Source: Podarcis bocagei
Lineage: Eukaryota
Strand: one strand, 5' to 3'
Assembly (NCBI GenBank): GCA_964188305.1
Contig: OZ076893.1
DNA length: 64,000 nt
Position numbers and translations under genes: made by a program. Under the pieces are notes generated by a model. The model was not told where the DNA came from. It saw nothing but the letters and a program-made list of their open reading frames with translations, and did not search any database. Below, one piece after another: positions 49,901-63,718 of this stretch; positions within the stretch are counted from its first letter, which is position 1, and each line of letters opens with the position of its first letter.

Positions 49901-51832
49901 TGTGGCTAAGTATAGTAACCACAAATGTACATCCTGGGTTGATCGGCATGGCTTTTGGGGAACGTTTTTTGAAGTGCCCTGTGCTGTCAATCACCCTTTG
50001 CATTCACTCATTTCTGTGGTCATTGGGAAGAATTCAGGGCATCACACTAGCCTGGTGCTTATTGGGAAGGAAGGGAAGATCAGTAGCTTCAGATGGTAGA
50101 AGCAGACAAAAAACGGAGTGATTCCTTCCTTTACTTTAGTGAAAAGGATTGGAGCTGATCTGCAATTACTGAAGGAGGGAGAGAGAGAGATTAGAGGAGA
50201 ATGATTTGTTCCTCAAGGCCAAGGAAGTTAATCAGCTCCAGTTGCAGTGTATAGGGGAGGGGCTGGGTCTTTCTCTAATGCATCGGCTGGAAGAAGAGAT
50301 GGGGGGAGGGGAAGTGGCCTTTCCCCCCAGTCCCTGGAGAGCTGCCCTCTGCCCCAGCCTTGGCTGCATGGAGTTAGCTGCTCTGAGTTAGGGCAAGGAT
50401 CACAGGACAATTAATGAGCTCTGCTGCTGGCTGCTAATCAGAAACAGATCAAGGCCTCACACCTGACCCCAGCCAGGGAGAGAGCAGAGTGGAGCTCAGC
50501 CAGCACAAAGCTGCAAAAAGGAGTGTGTACTCTTTCCTGGAGAGCATCCTGTAGCAGAAGGGAAGCAGTGGGAATCTGGCTCTGACTCAGGACAGTTGGC
50601 CAGGAAGGTTCTCTCTGTGACACATTGTCCTGCAAGTTGCTTCTGCTCATAGGGATCCTGTGACAGATCCCAGATGGCCCAAATGGTACCTGGTATTTAG
50701 CCATGTAACAATGAACCAAAGTCTACAAAGAGAGACACAGAAAAGGCAAACAGTGAAATAAGTTTTGTGATCAGTGTGAACTGCTCTATTGTCAAGAATA
50801 TGTTTTGAGAGGAGCCTCTGTTGGAGAAATACCATACAACAGCTTAACAAGCCAAAGTTTTCAAGCAGACTGAGGAAGAGCAGGAGGAGAGGATGGAAAA
50901 TCTGAAGATCTGTTGGCATGCCTGCTTTAAGGTCAGGATGAGTGGGACTAAGAGAAGCAAAGTGAATTGCATTTATATTGACTATTGACTTTTATTCATT
51001 TTTATTTACTTTTGACTTTATTTATCCATCTTTTTATTACAAGAGAATGCACTCTTGTAATAAAAAGGTGAAAAACAAGAACAATCCTTGTTGTTATTTG
51101 TCAAGGGAAGGCTCTGTTACAGAGCAGCTCTCTTGAGAATGATGGCCTTCTCACCCCCAGGAAATTCAAGGCAGGTAATGCTGCTGGCCTCCCACATTCT
51201 AGGGAAAGCTATAGGCAGGACATCTGATCACTGACAACCTTCCTGGAAACCTTTTGGCTGAATCCTCTGTGTGTTTCCTGAGAAGTAACACACAGAATCA
51301 GATTTGTAGAGTTGGAAGGGATCCTAAGGTGATGTCATTTTGATATGTGAGGCAGAAAATCCAAATTACATCTCTCATGGGGGTTAAAATATAATAAACT
51401 GAACAACTGGCTACCTTTAGTTTACTGACACACAAAAGTCTGGTGCCCCAGCTAAGGCCATGTCATTCTGCAGAAGGCTGGTCCTGGTGCTGTCTGCTCT
51501 TGAGAGAGATTCTTGAGAGAGGGAGCTTGGGTTATCTCTGGAGCACACTTTTCTTTCTCTTAGATTATTTATGGCTCTTCTAGCTGAAAAGAGAAACTAA
51601 ATATGTGAACCCAAATTAAACTGATGGAATTTTACAAGCTTGTCAGATCTGCCCTCATTTAGCTGGCAAATGTTACTAGATTCTATAAATACATTAGATG
51701 AGTTAATAATAACAGCACGAATATCTACATAGTTTTTAAAAGAGCATTGTTTTTTTGATACAAGCTGTCCATTAATAAAATTACTAACACTAAAAGAGTT
51801 GCATTCTGGAATAATTTCTCTGGGTTAAAATA

Positions 51833-52001
51833 CCGTATTTTTTGCACCATAACACTCACTTTTTTCCTCCTAGAAAGTAAGGGGAAATGTCTGTGCGTGT
51901 TATGGAGGGAATGCCTACGGGTGGCATGCCTACGGATTTTCCTCCTCTAAAAGCTACGTGCGTGTTAGGGTCGGGTGCGTGTTATAGAGCGAAAAATACG
52001 G
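51833..52001. mobile_element. Tc2/pogo-like MITE
   Basis: TIRs CCGTATTTTT.GC.C.ATAACAC / GTGTTATAGAGCGAAAAATACGG with TA TSDs. Confidence 0.85.
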
Positions 52002-55000
52002 TAGTTATGCAACCCAAGGACATCTTAATTTTCTTCCTCATGCCCTTGCTGTTTGACTTGCATTAGCACCTGGTTTGCTCTCCCTTGATCTATAAAAGTT
52101 CAGCCCTCGTGTGGCTGCATTCCAAGATGGCACAGATTCCTTGCAGTTCCTAACTGCTTGCCCTATTATGAGAGAGAGTCCTGGCCTGCATGAGAGAAAA
52201 TTAGTCTGGAGAGAAAAGTCCCACTTACGTTAAGTGGAACAAATGTTCAGATTTGCTTGCCTGTAACTTTTGCTCCTCATTGGGGCTCTGTTCAGTCCCA
52301 CTAAGGAAACCCACATGTGAATACCTGTTTTAATTATGAAATTACATTTTCTGCATTTCTGATATGACACCATGGCCCATACTGGGCATTTCTACCAGGC
52401 CTCCACCACACCACACCCCATTTCCCGCCCCCTACTTTTGTTTAACTTAACATCCAGTCTGAAGAGTTTCCCAAAGCTTGCAGAGTATTTTTTGGTTGGT
52501 CCAAATAAATATATTTTCCTGCTGATTTTAAAAAGAAAATCTATCATGTGACTGCAAATATATTTTTGAGTTGACCAATTTACTTTAAAACTTTTCTTCT
52601 TGACTTTTTTATTGTGAAATTGTGGATTATTTCCCCAAAGTAAATTTCTCCTGCAAGTTCACACTTGATAGGCAAGACAATGAGGTCGCTTAATAGCACC
52701 TGCAGTTTTTGATGAAACATTTTTCAGCTTATTCCACAGTCACTGGCACTCTGCAAAATAAAATAAAATAACCCATATGCATGTTTCACTGAAAATTAGT
52801 TGCATTTTTTCTAAATATCATTCATATGATATAAAAACAGTACTGTGTTCCATATTTTTCCCCAAAATCATGAAAATAGCTCATGCAATTTCCCAAAAGT
52901 AGACTTGACATTTTCCTGTTATCTTTTCAAGTGCAGTATTTCTTTCAGAATTTTTTTTCAGAAATATCTGCAGGAGATTGAGAAGTAGACATTTAGAAGC
53001 TTCTTGTAGCTCCTCAACACTCATTTTGGGGATATAAACTACCGTGCAAGTCAATTTTTCCGGCTCTCCAAGACCCCATCAATTTGGCAGCAGGAGCAAA
53101 AAGTGTGTAAGATAAACACAGCCTTGTTGGGGTATGGAACTAAGTGCCATGATGGGGATATAAATCTCACCTGGTCATTAGTCTGACCATTTGAGGAGCT
53201 GAGTGGGGGCAATAATAACCCACCTCAGCTGGTGAGGAGGGAGCCTGTGGGCTTCAGCCTGCCTGCGGGTGTTTGTCTATGCATAAGGGAGAGTGGGGTG
53301 GCCCCCACAGAGGATGGGCCAAGGGTGAGTGTAGCCCTTAGGCAGCTGCCCCATCTCCAGTGACATAGGGTTGTGTCTGGTGAAGTCATGCACAGAAATG
53401 AATTGATGGACTTGGCTAACTTAAGTCCAGTGATTTCAATGGGCCTGCTCTGAGTATGACTTAGTCAGTGACAAACAATATATTTTAGGACTTGGTGGAA
53501 TGCAAAACAAATATTGTTATTTGAATCATTAACACTTGCGAGAGGCGTGAGCCCTAACTGTGTGTTTGGAGTACTCATGCCATGTGCAGGCACTCACAGG
53601 AGGGAGTGCAGAGGTGAGGTGCAAGGTGGAAAGTGTGAAATATGATTGTTTTAAAAATTATTTGCACAAACATGGTTCCCAAATCTAAACTTGGCTGTGC
53701 TTTGACTGAATTTCACAAAAATAAATAAAAGGTAAAATATATATTGAATACAGAATAAAGGGGGAAATAAAAAAGAGGTGAAGAAGCAGTAAAGAGATAG
53801 ACAGAAGTCAATTAATGTATGATGGATATGGATAAGTTTAGATGAGATATAGAATATGAATGTAAATGAAGAAAAAATGAAGATGTATTTTTGTGGGTGT
53901 GTTTGAGTTTTATGTGTATTTGTAATTGTGTATTTGTAATTTTTTTTAATGCAATAAAAAATATTTTTAAAAAGAAATGAGGAACTTCCTCCCTGCATGA
54001 TCTAGAACCCTCCAAATAAACCATGGTCTTGCATGAAACAAATTATGATCCACAGCAGATGATATAGCACTAAGCTAAGCTCTCCGTTTCTCCAGTGGGC
54101 TGGGGGGGGGGAGCAAAGTGGTCCAGCTCAGCGTTTTCATGGTAAACTAATCAACTACGGTTTACTGTGACATGCAAACTGGACCACCGTAATGCCACTG
54201 TGTTTTTCAAGTAGGTTTTTAGCTAAAAACAAACTTGCTCTTGAACTGTAAATCAGTGTGGGACACAACCTTCAGCAATGTGTGATGGTTCGCTGGGGAG
54301 GAAGACCGGGTGGGGGTCCTTGGTACTGGAACCAAGGTGTCCGACGAGTGTGCTCTTATCTTCATTTGCGAAAGGTTGGCTGGCTGCTGGAGTGGTCTAG
54401 GAATCCAGACAAATTACTGTCCTTGAATCTTAGTTTTAGGAGTTTTAGGAGTTTTCAGCATTATAATTGGCTGGAACCATATCATTTTAAAACAGTACCT
54501 TTATAAAGAATCAGATTTAAACTCACAAACACACACCAAACTCATTCCATACCACTAGGCTTCGGGATATTGCTGATCTGGCAGCTCTGCTGAAATACCT
54601 CAGGGAATGGTTTGAATCTCAGGACTCCTGTTACTACAGACAGGAGAAAAATTGCTTTGGGGGCTACTTCCAAAACTTTTTTAAAAAGAATATTATGTTT
54701 ATATGACTGCTTGAGTGTAAGAGAGAGATCCAGAGAGGACTTTATGTGTTTTTGCCAAAGCACATTGGCTGCTCCAACAGTTGGTTTAAACTTACAGAAA
54801 TATGAGAATCCAAACGCTTCATAAAAACAGCACAAGGATGTCTACGGGGTTTCAGGCCTTTGTTTAATTTGGTTTTGGAATGTATTTCTATTCCTGTAGC
54901 ATGCGTTGGCCTCCAAACATTTGGTTTTGTTTAGTAAGTACAAAGCTGTAAGATTTTCCCCCCACCAGAAGAATTGATCTTTCTCTGAGATCTTAGCAAT

Positions 55001-57667
55001 TTGTGGAGGAACAAGACTCCTTGAAGATTCAGACTTCCATGGCCACATAGGTATGCAATCTGGTTTGTGCAAACTCACATTCCGTAATTACCTCCTTCTT
55101 TTTCTTGTTCTAATTACTGGGGGGGGGGATTACATAAACAGCCACTGAGCCCCTCTTAATTTTAGGAAAGGTGGGGAGAACTTGTTTGGTACTCCTTGTG
55201 CATAATTAACATATATCCTTGCATTTTTGTGTGGTGTGCAGGAATGCGAGTGAGAGATTTCTAACTGGCCTGTCTCCTTTATCTGCTATGAAAAAACCAA
55301 ACATGATTTTGTTCAGTGGTTTTGCCATCCCTTTCCCCCCATGCTATGACCAGCTTCTTTCCCTGCATGACAGGACTGGTCACTGAGGAGGCAGTGTGGC
55401 TGAATTCTGGCTTTCTGTTCTCAGATTCTAGCAACTGTCCAAGAGGCTGTTTGGCAACTCTATTCACTTAAATATCTCTTTGCAAAACTTCTGTAGCACA
55501 CAGGAGTGCTGGGAAAGAGAACAAATGCCATCCTGGAAATGCCCCCGTGTCCGAGAACCAGCTCCAACCTTTCAGGTCATTTAAGAATTCCAAAGTCTCC
55601 TCAAAGACATTGCACAGTGAAACATATGGAGCTCAGCTCAGGGTCTATGCAAGAGGATGTTTCCTGCTTAGCGAATCCGTTCAGATTAACTACACAAGAG
55701 GAGATCCTTCTCAATCCACACACCTGTTTCCCTAAGATCCTGTAATGAATGATAAGTGCTTGGCACCCATCTCAGGCCTGATCGGACAGCAGGCTATCAT
55801 TGCTCCTCCTGAAACATGAGACATAAAAATGGGGGGGGGGGTTGTTTTTAGTTATGCCCTCCCTTGGCCCTGAGGAACTCTGCTTGTTCAACTTCAACTT
55901 CTATGTCCTTTGCACATAAAATGATGCTGCACTTTACTGCAGGATGCTGGAACTAACTGAGGAACTGACTTGAGTGTGAGGTTAGCTAGAAATCACTTAT
56001 TTGTTTTTTAAATCTTTGTGCTGCTTTCTTTTTCTCCTACTTTTATTTAATTAAAAGCTGAAAATAGAAACCTGAAGTTGACAGTTTGTTCGCAGGACTA
56101 GGCATAACCTTGTGTTAGGCTCCTCATATCTGCCTGGTTAGATGAAGGCAGTTTGCTAAGGTCTGTCCCTTCTCCCAAGAAAATATTCCATGTTTGGGTT
56201 CCCACTTGCCCAGACTGAGGGTAACTAACTTTTCATATGGATGGTGGAAACTCTTGGTTACTTAAGAAAACAATGCCCAGACTGTCCTACCGCAAGATGG
56301 AAGCTCGTTTCTTTTGTTACAGCTCCCAATTTATTTTTCTCTCTGAGGAAGTAGCAGCATAATAGTATGCAAAGGCAGGCAGTGGTATTTCCCTGATTCA
56401 GCAAATCTCTTTTTTGCTTTTTCAAGAGACAACCCGCCTGTAGCTTGCCTGACTACTTGCTTGAAAAAACCCAGCACTCTCTTAGCAACCTCCCCCCCCC
56501 CACTGCCTCCTTCCGCAGCCTGCAAGGGTATGTCTGTTCAAGAGCAAGAGCTGTGTTTTGGAACTATTCAGGAATGCCAGCATAGCAACTCCTTGGCTCC
56601 AGTGAGTAGAGACCTCTCCACGCTCAGCCCAAGTGCAGCAACTGCAACCAGTTGGGTAGGGGGGCAATGGAAAGATGGAGCAGTAAAAGCAGAGAGGGAC
56701 GGAGAAATGGCTTGTCGGTGAACTCTATGGTCAAGTATGGTGAGATAGCAGCTAGAAGCTCGGGGGACTTATCCAGTCTTCTGAATAGTACCGACTCGTG
56801 GCCTCCCTGTTGAGGGATCTGCTCGCAATATGCCTTGGGGGTAGGAACGTGTGTCCCCCCCCCCCCGCCCCATTCTGGCTACTTTAAAAGTGACTAAGTC
56901 TCTACTAGGTGTTATGCAGGCTTCTGGTTGCAACCCAGGACTGCTGAATGAATTCAGTGGTTGCTTCTCTATTTCTGAAAATACAAATCCTTAGGTAAAC
57001 ACACAAGTTCCTTGGTAGACAGAAAAAAGGGAAACAGGCTTATTTCAATACATGAGGGCGTATCTTGTTGTCTGGGCAGCCCAGGACTGCCCAGGTTTGC
57101 ACCCCAGGGAGATCACTTTGTGGTGCAACGCAGCAAGAATAATGTGGGATGCAGCAGTTATGAATTCCCGGTTTCTGCAGCCACAGCAGGCGCTGTGATT
57201 CTCCAGCGGTTTGACTTTGCCCCCGAAGGCATTTTCTCTCAAATCAAAGTGATCACCAAAGAAGAAAGAAGAAGAGTGAAGAAATATTTTTGCCCAATGT
57301 AGGGCAAGAACCCCCCACAACCCTGAGATTAGAGTCTCGTGCTCTACTGACCGAGCTATCCTGCAGGCTCTTACTTGCCTGTTTAAATTATATATCCTCT
57401 TACCACATGTAGGTGTGAATTTGATTTTGCATTATTGATTGAGGACAATTTCCTTTTTCTGCTTGCTTGTTTTTTGACCCAAGGGAGACAGCAACAGTTG
57501 CTGGCTGCTGATCACAGTGCAATCCTATACACAGCTGCCTGAATATAAGCATTGTATTACTGAGTTTGATGGGGAAACTGCCAGAGAAGGAACATGCCTA
57601 ATGCAAGATGGAGACATGATTTCCTAAATTTGAGCTGGAAGGTAAAATTAGGCCAGAGAGTAATGTA

Positions 57668-58078
57668 CCGTATTTTTCGTGCCATAGGGCGCACCGCCCC
57701 ATAAGACGCACCTAGTTTTTTTGGGGGGGGAATAAAGGGGGGGAATTATTTCCCCCACAGGCACGGGGCTTGCACGGGGGAAGCCCAAGCTTCCCCCGAC
57801 CCCAGCCCCCAGAACAGCCTGCTATCCACAAGCCTAGGGAGCCGGGCCGGTCTCCCAAGGCTTGCAGAGAGCTGCACGAAGTCCGGGCGTACTCTTCAGC
57901 GGAATGCAGGCAGCTCTGCGCCGGTCTCACAAGGGTTGCACAGAGCTTCCTAAAGCCTGGAGAGTGAGAGGGGTCGGTGCGCAAAAGCGAAAGCCTGCAT
58001 TCGCCCCATAGGACGCACACACATTTCCCCTTCATGTTTGGAGGAGGAAAAGTGCGTCCTATAGGGCGAAAAATACGG
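57668..58078. mobile_element. Tc2/pogo-like MITE (longer relative of 51833-52001)
   Basis: TIRs CCGTATTTTTCG.../...CGAAAAATACGG, TA TSDs, subterminal CATA(A/G)GACGCAC repeats. Confidence 0.88.
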
Positions 58079-58514
58079 TATATATTTCAGTACTCCTTTT
58101 TGTATTTTTCTTTATTTTCTTTGACAAGATGAAATCATAGGCTTCTATGACATTTATAGGGACAAAGGTCTGGCAGCTATTTTGGAAACTTGGAAAGGCA
58201 GAGAATAAACTGAGCTGGGATGGACCTCTCAAAAGTATGAGCAAAATTTGCTAGATGTGAAAGATTGCATTAGACTGGCGAGATAACAAGGAAGTAAAAC
58301 CATTAAATGATAAAATAGGCAGTAAAACAATAAAATAAAACAATAAAAGGACAATAAATCTATAAAATGGTGAGAGCAGCTGCCTCACCCTGCCTCACAG
58401 ATCGGTGGCCATCTTGAATCGAGAAAGATTGCTGCCAAACAATAATTTTAAAACATTTTTTTTCTTTACAGAAGGGAATTTTACTTCACGATAGATGTTT
58501 TTATCAATGTAAAA

Positions 58515-58648
58515 CAGGCATAGGCAAACTCAGCCCTCCAGATGTTTTTGGCCTACAACTCCTTCATCCCTAGCTAACAGGACCAGTGGTCAGGGATGAT
58601 GGGAGTTGTAGTCCCAAACATCTGGAGGGCTGAGTTTGCCTATGCCTA
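58515..58648. mobile_element. hAT-type MITE
   Basis: TIRs CAGGCATAGGCAAACTCAGCCCTCCAGATG / CATCTGGAGGGCTGAGTTTGCCTATGCCT, perfect 8-bp TSD ATGTAAAA. Confidence 0.92.
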
Positions 58649-58954
58649 ATGTAAAACATTTAAGAACAACATTTGAGGCTCGACATTTAACATTATATAT
58701 TTTGAACTTATGTGGGTTACTGAAGAAAGCTTTATAAGACTAAGTGTCAGCATGTTACATATAAATTGTTAACATGAGAACTGCAACTGTAACATCTCAT
58801 TAATAATAACCTTCATTTCCTTGAATTAACTAACCAATGCAATTTCCTTGAATTCTGAAAGGATCTAGTTAACAAAAGGAAAAACTGGAGCTATATTATG
58901 GATGTGCAAAAAAAAAGAAAAGAAAAAAAAGTTTAGCAAACAAACAAGAAATGC

Positions 58955-59150
58955 CAGCTTGTTTTCTCCTGCTCTGGAGGGTAGGACCCGAACAAATGGA
59001 TTCAAGTTTGAAGAAAGTAAATTATGACTAAACATCAGGAAGAAAGGACTCCCTCTGAAGGTGGTGGACTCCCCTTCCTTGGAGATTTTAAAGCAGAGGT
59101 TGGATGTCCATCTTTCAGTGGGTTGGACTAGATGACCCTTGGTGTACCTT
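58955..59150 (+). mobile_element. CR1 LINE 3' fragment
   Basis: AGCTTGTTTTCTCCTGCTCTGGAGGGTAGGACC...GTGGACTCCCCTTCCTTGGAG...GGGTTGGACTAGATGACCCT. Confidence 0.8.
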
Positions 59151-60941
59151 CCTGGCCCTGCTCAGAGTTCAGGGTCACACCCCAGCCAGACCAGGCCAGG
59201 CCAAAGCCACTCAAAGGGGCTGTGTGCTCTGGGAAGAGTTCTGAAAGTCAGGTGGGTGGGGGGGCTGCATGTGGCCCCCTGGCCTGAGGTTCCCTGCTCC
59301 TGGGTTAGATCACCCAGACAAAACTAGTTGGACTTAAGCCCCAATTTGTTGTGAAAAGTTAGTCACGGCCAATTTATTCTTTCCCATTGATTTCTCCAGG
59401 ACTCTGAACCAACCTGTGGCCTGTAACCTGGCTATGATGGGAAGTTGTGCAAGTCATGGGAAAGCAGTTCTTATGCCACCAGTTTAAAGCTGCGAGGGAA
59501 GGATAAAACGTAAGATCAAAGGCTCCACCTCAACTCGGGTGAGGTTGGGAAAATCTGACTGATGTCAAACTTCACCACTATTTCTGCTACCTCCAGATGA
59601 TCACAAACTCTATTCTGAAGTTGAGGAACGGAAGAGTTGGGGAAATGGCATTGCAGCAAAGAGAGTGGACACGGAGACCAGGTTGTGTTGTGTTCTAGAA
59701 ACAGATTGGCTCTGTGTAGGGAAACAGCCGTGTACCAGGTAGACCGGGGCGGGGCAGGGGGACAATTCCCAGTTCAAGTGCCAGTTTGTGTGTGTGTTTT
59801 ACATTTACAGGGTCAACTGGCAGAATGCACTTTTTCCTTCCATGGACATGGAAAAAAGGGTTTGTGCTAAGCAGGGGCTAATGGCATGTTGTGTAGCTGC
59901 AAAGTGATGAGATCCACTCAGCAGCAGCCTTTTGAATTAGAGGGTGAGCCACAGCATGTAGTAGAGAAGAAAAAAATACATGCTGCTTCCCAGACCATGA
60001 GAGAGTGTCCACAGCAGTTACAACCACTGAGAATAACTGCAGTGGCATATAGAGCATAGTGTACCACTGGGCTAACTATCTGTCTGAAATGGGACTAGTG
60101 TTTAGAGAAACTGACAGTGGTTATTTCATTTTTTTTTAAAAAACCAAAACAAACAGTGATGGGAATTAGGCCTCTGTAGAGCTTGCATCTTCCCATCTGG
60201 AAGCCTTGCTCTTAAATCCCACAATCCTAGGTGGGTTGTGACAAGTACTCAGTGTTTGTGGAAATGCACTCTGCATATGACCAGAGGACCTCTCTTCCTC
60301 ATAAGTCCCAGAGCTAAGGGCTCACATTTTCTTTTCCGCTGGCTAATTGTAGAGATATACTGGGAGCCTTAGCAGGGCAGGTTGCCAAGGAATTGGATGG
60401 TTCTATGTGAGCTGCAGAGCTCTTTCAATGGAAGGTTACAATCCAAGCAGTCTGTGTGGCTCACCTTTAAAGCAAGCCATGTTATGGTTGGCCTTTTCTC
60501 TTTAATGAAGAATCTGGAGCAGTTTCAGGCTTGCCACAGAAACAAAAGCCTTTAAGAAAACATATCTGGAAAGGGAGGCCAGAAACGCTGAGAGGAAGCT
60601 GGAAAAAGAATGGGCGGCATTTCTTATTGGACACAGGAATGAGTCACCTGGGAAAAGCAGGAGAGTCCCCAGGGAGACGCCCGAGAGGCTCACCTGTCTG
60701 TCATGCAACTAAGGGCCAGCTGATATGAAGGGGAGCACTGCAGGAACCCCACGGGCCCTTTCACCAGTGCAAAAAGTGTGTTCTTGGGAGACGGGGCTTT
60801 GCAACAGAAAAGGATGGGGGGCGAGAGGGGGTCAACCCTTTCCCTGACAGTTACTTTTCCCTCATGTCTGTGAGATAAAGGCAAGTCTCAAGGAGCACTA
60901 GCATAAGCAGGGTTGAGCTGGAAGGAACACCCTGCTCTGTA

Positions 60942-61167
60942 CAGTGGTACCTCGGGTTAAGTACTTAATTCGTTCCGGAGGTCCGTACTTAACCTGAAAC
61001 TGCTCTTAACCTGAAGCACCACTTTAGCTAATGGGGCCTCCTGCTGCTGCCGCGCCGCCAGAGCACGATTTCTGTTCTCATCCTGAAGCAAAGTTCTTAA
61101 CCCGAGGTACTATTTCTGGGTTAGCGGAGTCTGTAACCTGAAGCATCTGTAACCCGAGGTACCACTG
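60942..61167. mobile_element. Tc1/mariner (Tigger/pogo-like) MITE
   Basis: Same TIRs and interior as 36514-36748, TA TSDs. Confidence 0.92.
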
Positions 61168-61319
61168 TACTGTAATAAAAAGTCCGTGCGTCTGAGCATA
61201 GCAGGAATGCCTTGCCTTGACCATTGTATAATCGCAACTACCTGGCCCTCCAGTGGGTTTTGGGGGGGCAGGCAGAGAGCGAAATGTCCAACATCCCTCA
61301 AAACCCCACACATCTCCGT

Positions 61320-61925
61320 TTAGTTAAGGACGGCTCCCCGCGCCCCGCCCGGAGCAGCAGCAGCTCCATTGCCTTCGACTTAATGGGAGAAGCGCGTGCC
61401 CGGGAAGGACCCGAGGAAGCCCCACCGCGGAGCCATCTTCCTGCCTTGTGCAATAAAGGCGCTCTCCGCCGCTGGACTTGCTTGCACGGCTGGCTGCCGG
61501 CGCCATGGATTTGCAGAAACCCCGGGACTTCCCAGCATCGCTGTGCGCGCGCGCGCGTGCTCCTGGGCGAGGGAGAGCTGGGTCACTGGGTCTGTTTTGC
61601 AACATTATTCAGTCGCCATCCAGGGGAACCAGTTTTCCTTACGATGCGGCAGGCGGGCATCCTACCTTGCTTGCGCGCACAGGCGCGCCGCCTCCCGGCC
61701 CGGGCAGCCGCTGCGCGTCGCCGCCTGCTTTGCTCGCTCCTTGCTCAGCCCGTTACGGCGCGCAGAGCCCCCTGGTGGCGGAGAAGACGCCGGCAGCCAA
61801 CCCAGAAAGCGGGGCTGGATTTGGGGAGAGCAGCAGGGGCGAAAGGACTTCCGCCACGTGCGCGTGCGCGCAGGGTTTGTGAATGGCCCCAAGCAGCGAG
61901 AAATGAAACATCTGCTCCGTGAGTC
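61320..61925. promoter_or_regulatory. CpG island with promoter-type motifs and a CTCF site
   Basis: CpG-dense; GC box near 61343, YY1-like GCCATCTT at 61432, NRF1-like GCGCGTGCGC at 61860, E-box CACGTG at 61855, ETS-like CTTCCG at 61848. Confidence 0.75.
61764..61795 (-). promoter_or_regulatory. CTCF-binding site, reverse orientation
   Basis: Minus strand reads TGCCG-N12-CCACCAGGGGGCTCT: near-consensus core plus an upstream TGC module at typical spacing. Confidence 0.75.
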
Positions 61926-62291
61926 ATTGACAGCTGCAATTCTCCCAATTACAATGAAGGCAAAACAAGCCTTTCTTGTTTGGCAAGAAAGATGCTCAGA
62001 TATTCATTCCGAATATCCCAACCATTTGGTTTGATGCTCACCTGCAATAGCTGAGATACAAACCTGTTATAATTAAGCCAAAACACTAGAAATATTCGGC
62101 TGCGCGATGCCCAGTGTTACCGGTACCGGTTCTTTTTGCGTTTCTTTCTTGTTTGAATCTGTTCACAAACTGAGAAGCTGCATATTGACCACTAACAATG
62201 AATCACATGCCTGAGATATGACTGTAAATTGGGTTATGGCTTTCCTTATGTGTGAATGACATAAGACTGTTATGGTCTACTTATTTGCATT

Positions 62292-62516
62292 TACAAATCA
62301 TCTCCAGGACGCAAGGGAGAAACGTGCTAAGAGGAAGGCACACTTGCCAAATCCACACCGTGATCAACTCCCACCCAGAAACCAATGTTCCCACTGTGGA
62401 AGGATGTGTGGGTCCAGAATTGGCCTCCACAGTCACTTACGGACTCATTGTTAAAACCGAGTTTATGGAAGACAATCTTACTTGGCTACAAGTGATTGCC
62501 AAAGAAGAAGACGACG
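62292..62516 (+). mobile_element. 5'-truncated RTE-clade LINE 3' end
   Basis: Encodes REKRAKRKA...CSHCGRMCGSRIGLHSHLRTHC* (RTE ORF C-terminus), (GAA/GAC)n tail, perfect 13-bp TSD ACTTATTTGCATT. Confidence 0.85.
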
Positions 62517-62734
62517 ACTTATTTGCATTATTTGCTGTAGCTGTATTCCTTTTACAGCTTCCAATAAAGTGTTATATATTAAAAACAGAACAAAACTATC
62601 CATTCTGAAGAAACGAGGGCTGCTGTGAAACAGGAGACATTGTCACTCTGGCTTCTGATATGGGCATTCTAGGGGCAAGGCCAAGGAAGAGTCAAGCACC
62701 AGAAATTATGTGGAAGCCAGGTTTATTGTGAACA

Positions 62735-63127
62735 AGGACACAGGTGATGCTGTGGTCTAAACCACTGAGCCTCTTGGGCTTGTCAATCAGAAGGTCGGGG
62801 GGGGTTGAACCCCCACGATGGGGTGAGCTCCCATTGCTCTGTCCCAGCTCCTCCCAACCTAGCAGTTCAAAAGCATGTCGTTGCAAGTAGATAAATAGGT
62901 ACCACTGCGGTGGGAAGGTAAACAGTGTTTCTGTGCACTCTGGCTTCCATCACGGTGTCCGGTTGCGCCAGAAGTGGTTTAGTCCTACTGGCCACATGAC
63001 CCGGAAAGCTGTCTGTGGATAAACGCCAGCTCCCTTGGCCTGAAAGCGAGATGAAAGCCACACCCCGTGGTCACCTTTGACTGGACTTAATCATTCAGGG
63101 TTCTTTACCTTCTTTTCTCTTTTTACC
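62735..63127 (+). mobile_element. Sauria SINE (older subfamily)
   Basis: Same architecture as 31287 (CCCAGCTCCT.CC.ACCTAGCAGTT, GTAGATAAATAGGTACC, ACCTTT tail); TSD TTTATTGTGAACA / TTTATTGCGAACA. Confidence 0.9.
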
Positions 63128-63718
63128 TTTATTGCGAACAGGAGTTGGTCTTCTTGGCAGCTAAAATGGAACTTTCATAGTTTTTATCAATGATGTAAAT
63201 TGATTTTCTCACATATAACAAATATAGCAATCAACATGAAAACAAAGATAAATATCTGAAGGATAATTTTGAAGAGAAAATAACAAATACATTTTCACCC
63301 AAAACTCACTGATTATGAGGGGAGAGTGCTTTTGCTCTCTCCTAACTTGCAGGTTTCCCACAGGTGGTTGTCTGGCTACTGCGGAAACAGGAGGCTGGGT
63401 GGTTGGGCCTTAGGCCTGACCAGCAGTATCTTCTGATGTCCTTTGGAAAATAGTTCACCATTGCTTTTTTGCTGCTACAACCCACCAAGCACTCCTCCTG
63501 CAAGGAACAGGTAAAATGAATAGAATTGCTCTTTTGGTTGAGAAGTATCCAGATTTTTATGAATAAATTTATATAGTGGGCAGTTTGGCCACTGCAGTCT
63601 GGCAATAGTCACAGTGTGTTCCATAAAGGATGTTACACAAACTGTGGTTACCAACATGTGTACCTCTGTGGTCAGCATATTCTGGTTCAGGAACATTCAC
63701 CGTTGGCAGAAGGCACTA

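Noticed and set aside
61224-62034. 232-aa and 212-aa ORFs in the second CpG island
   Set aside because: GC artefacts with non-ATG starts and no recognisable protein.
63342-63500. Minus-strand segment ending ...GKPAS* as a possible DIAPH1 last exon
   Set aside because: Only the last two or three residues resemble the human C-terminus; the rest does not match DIAPH1 as I recall it.
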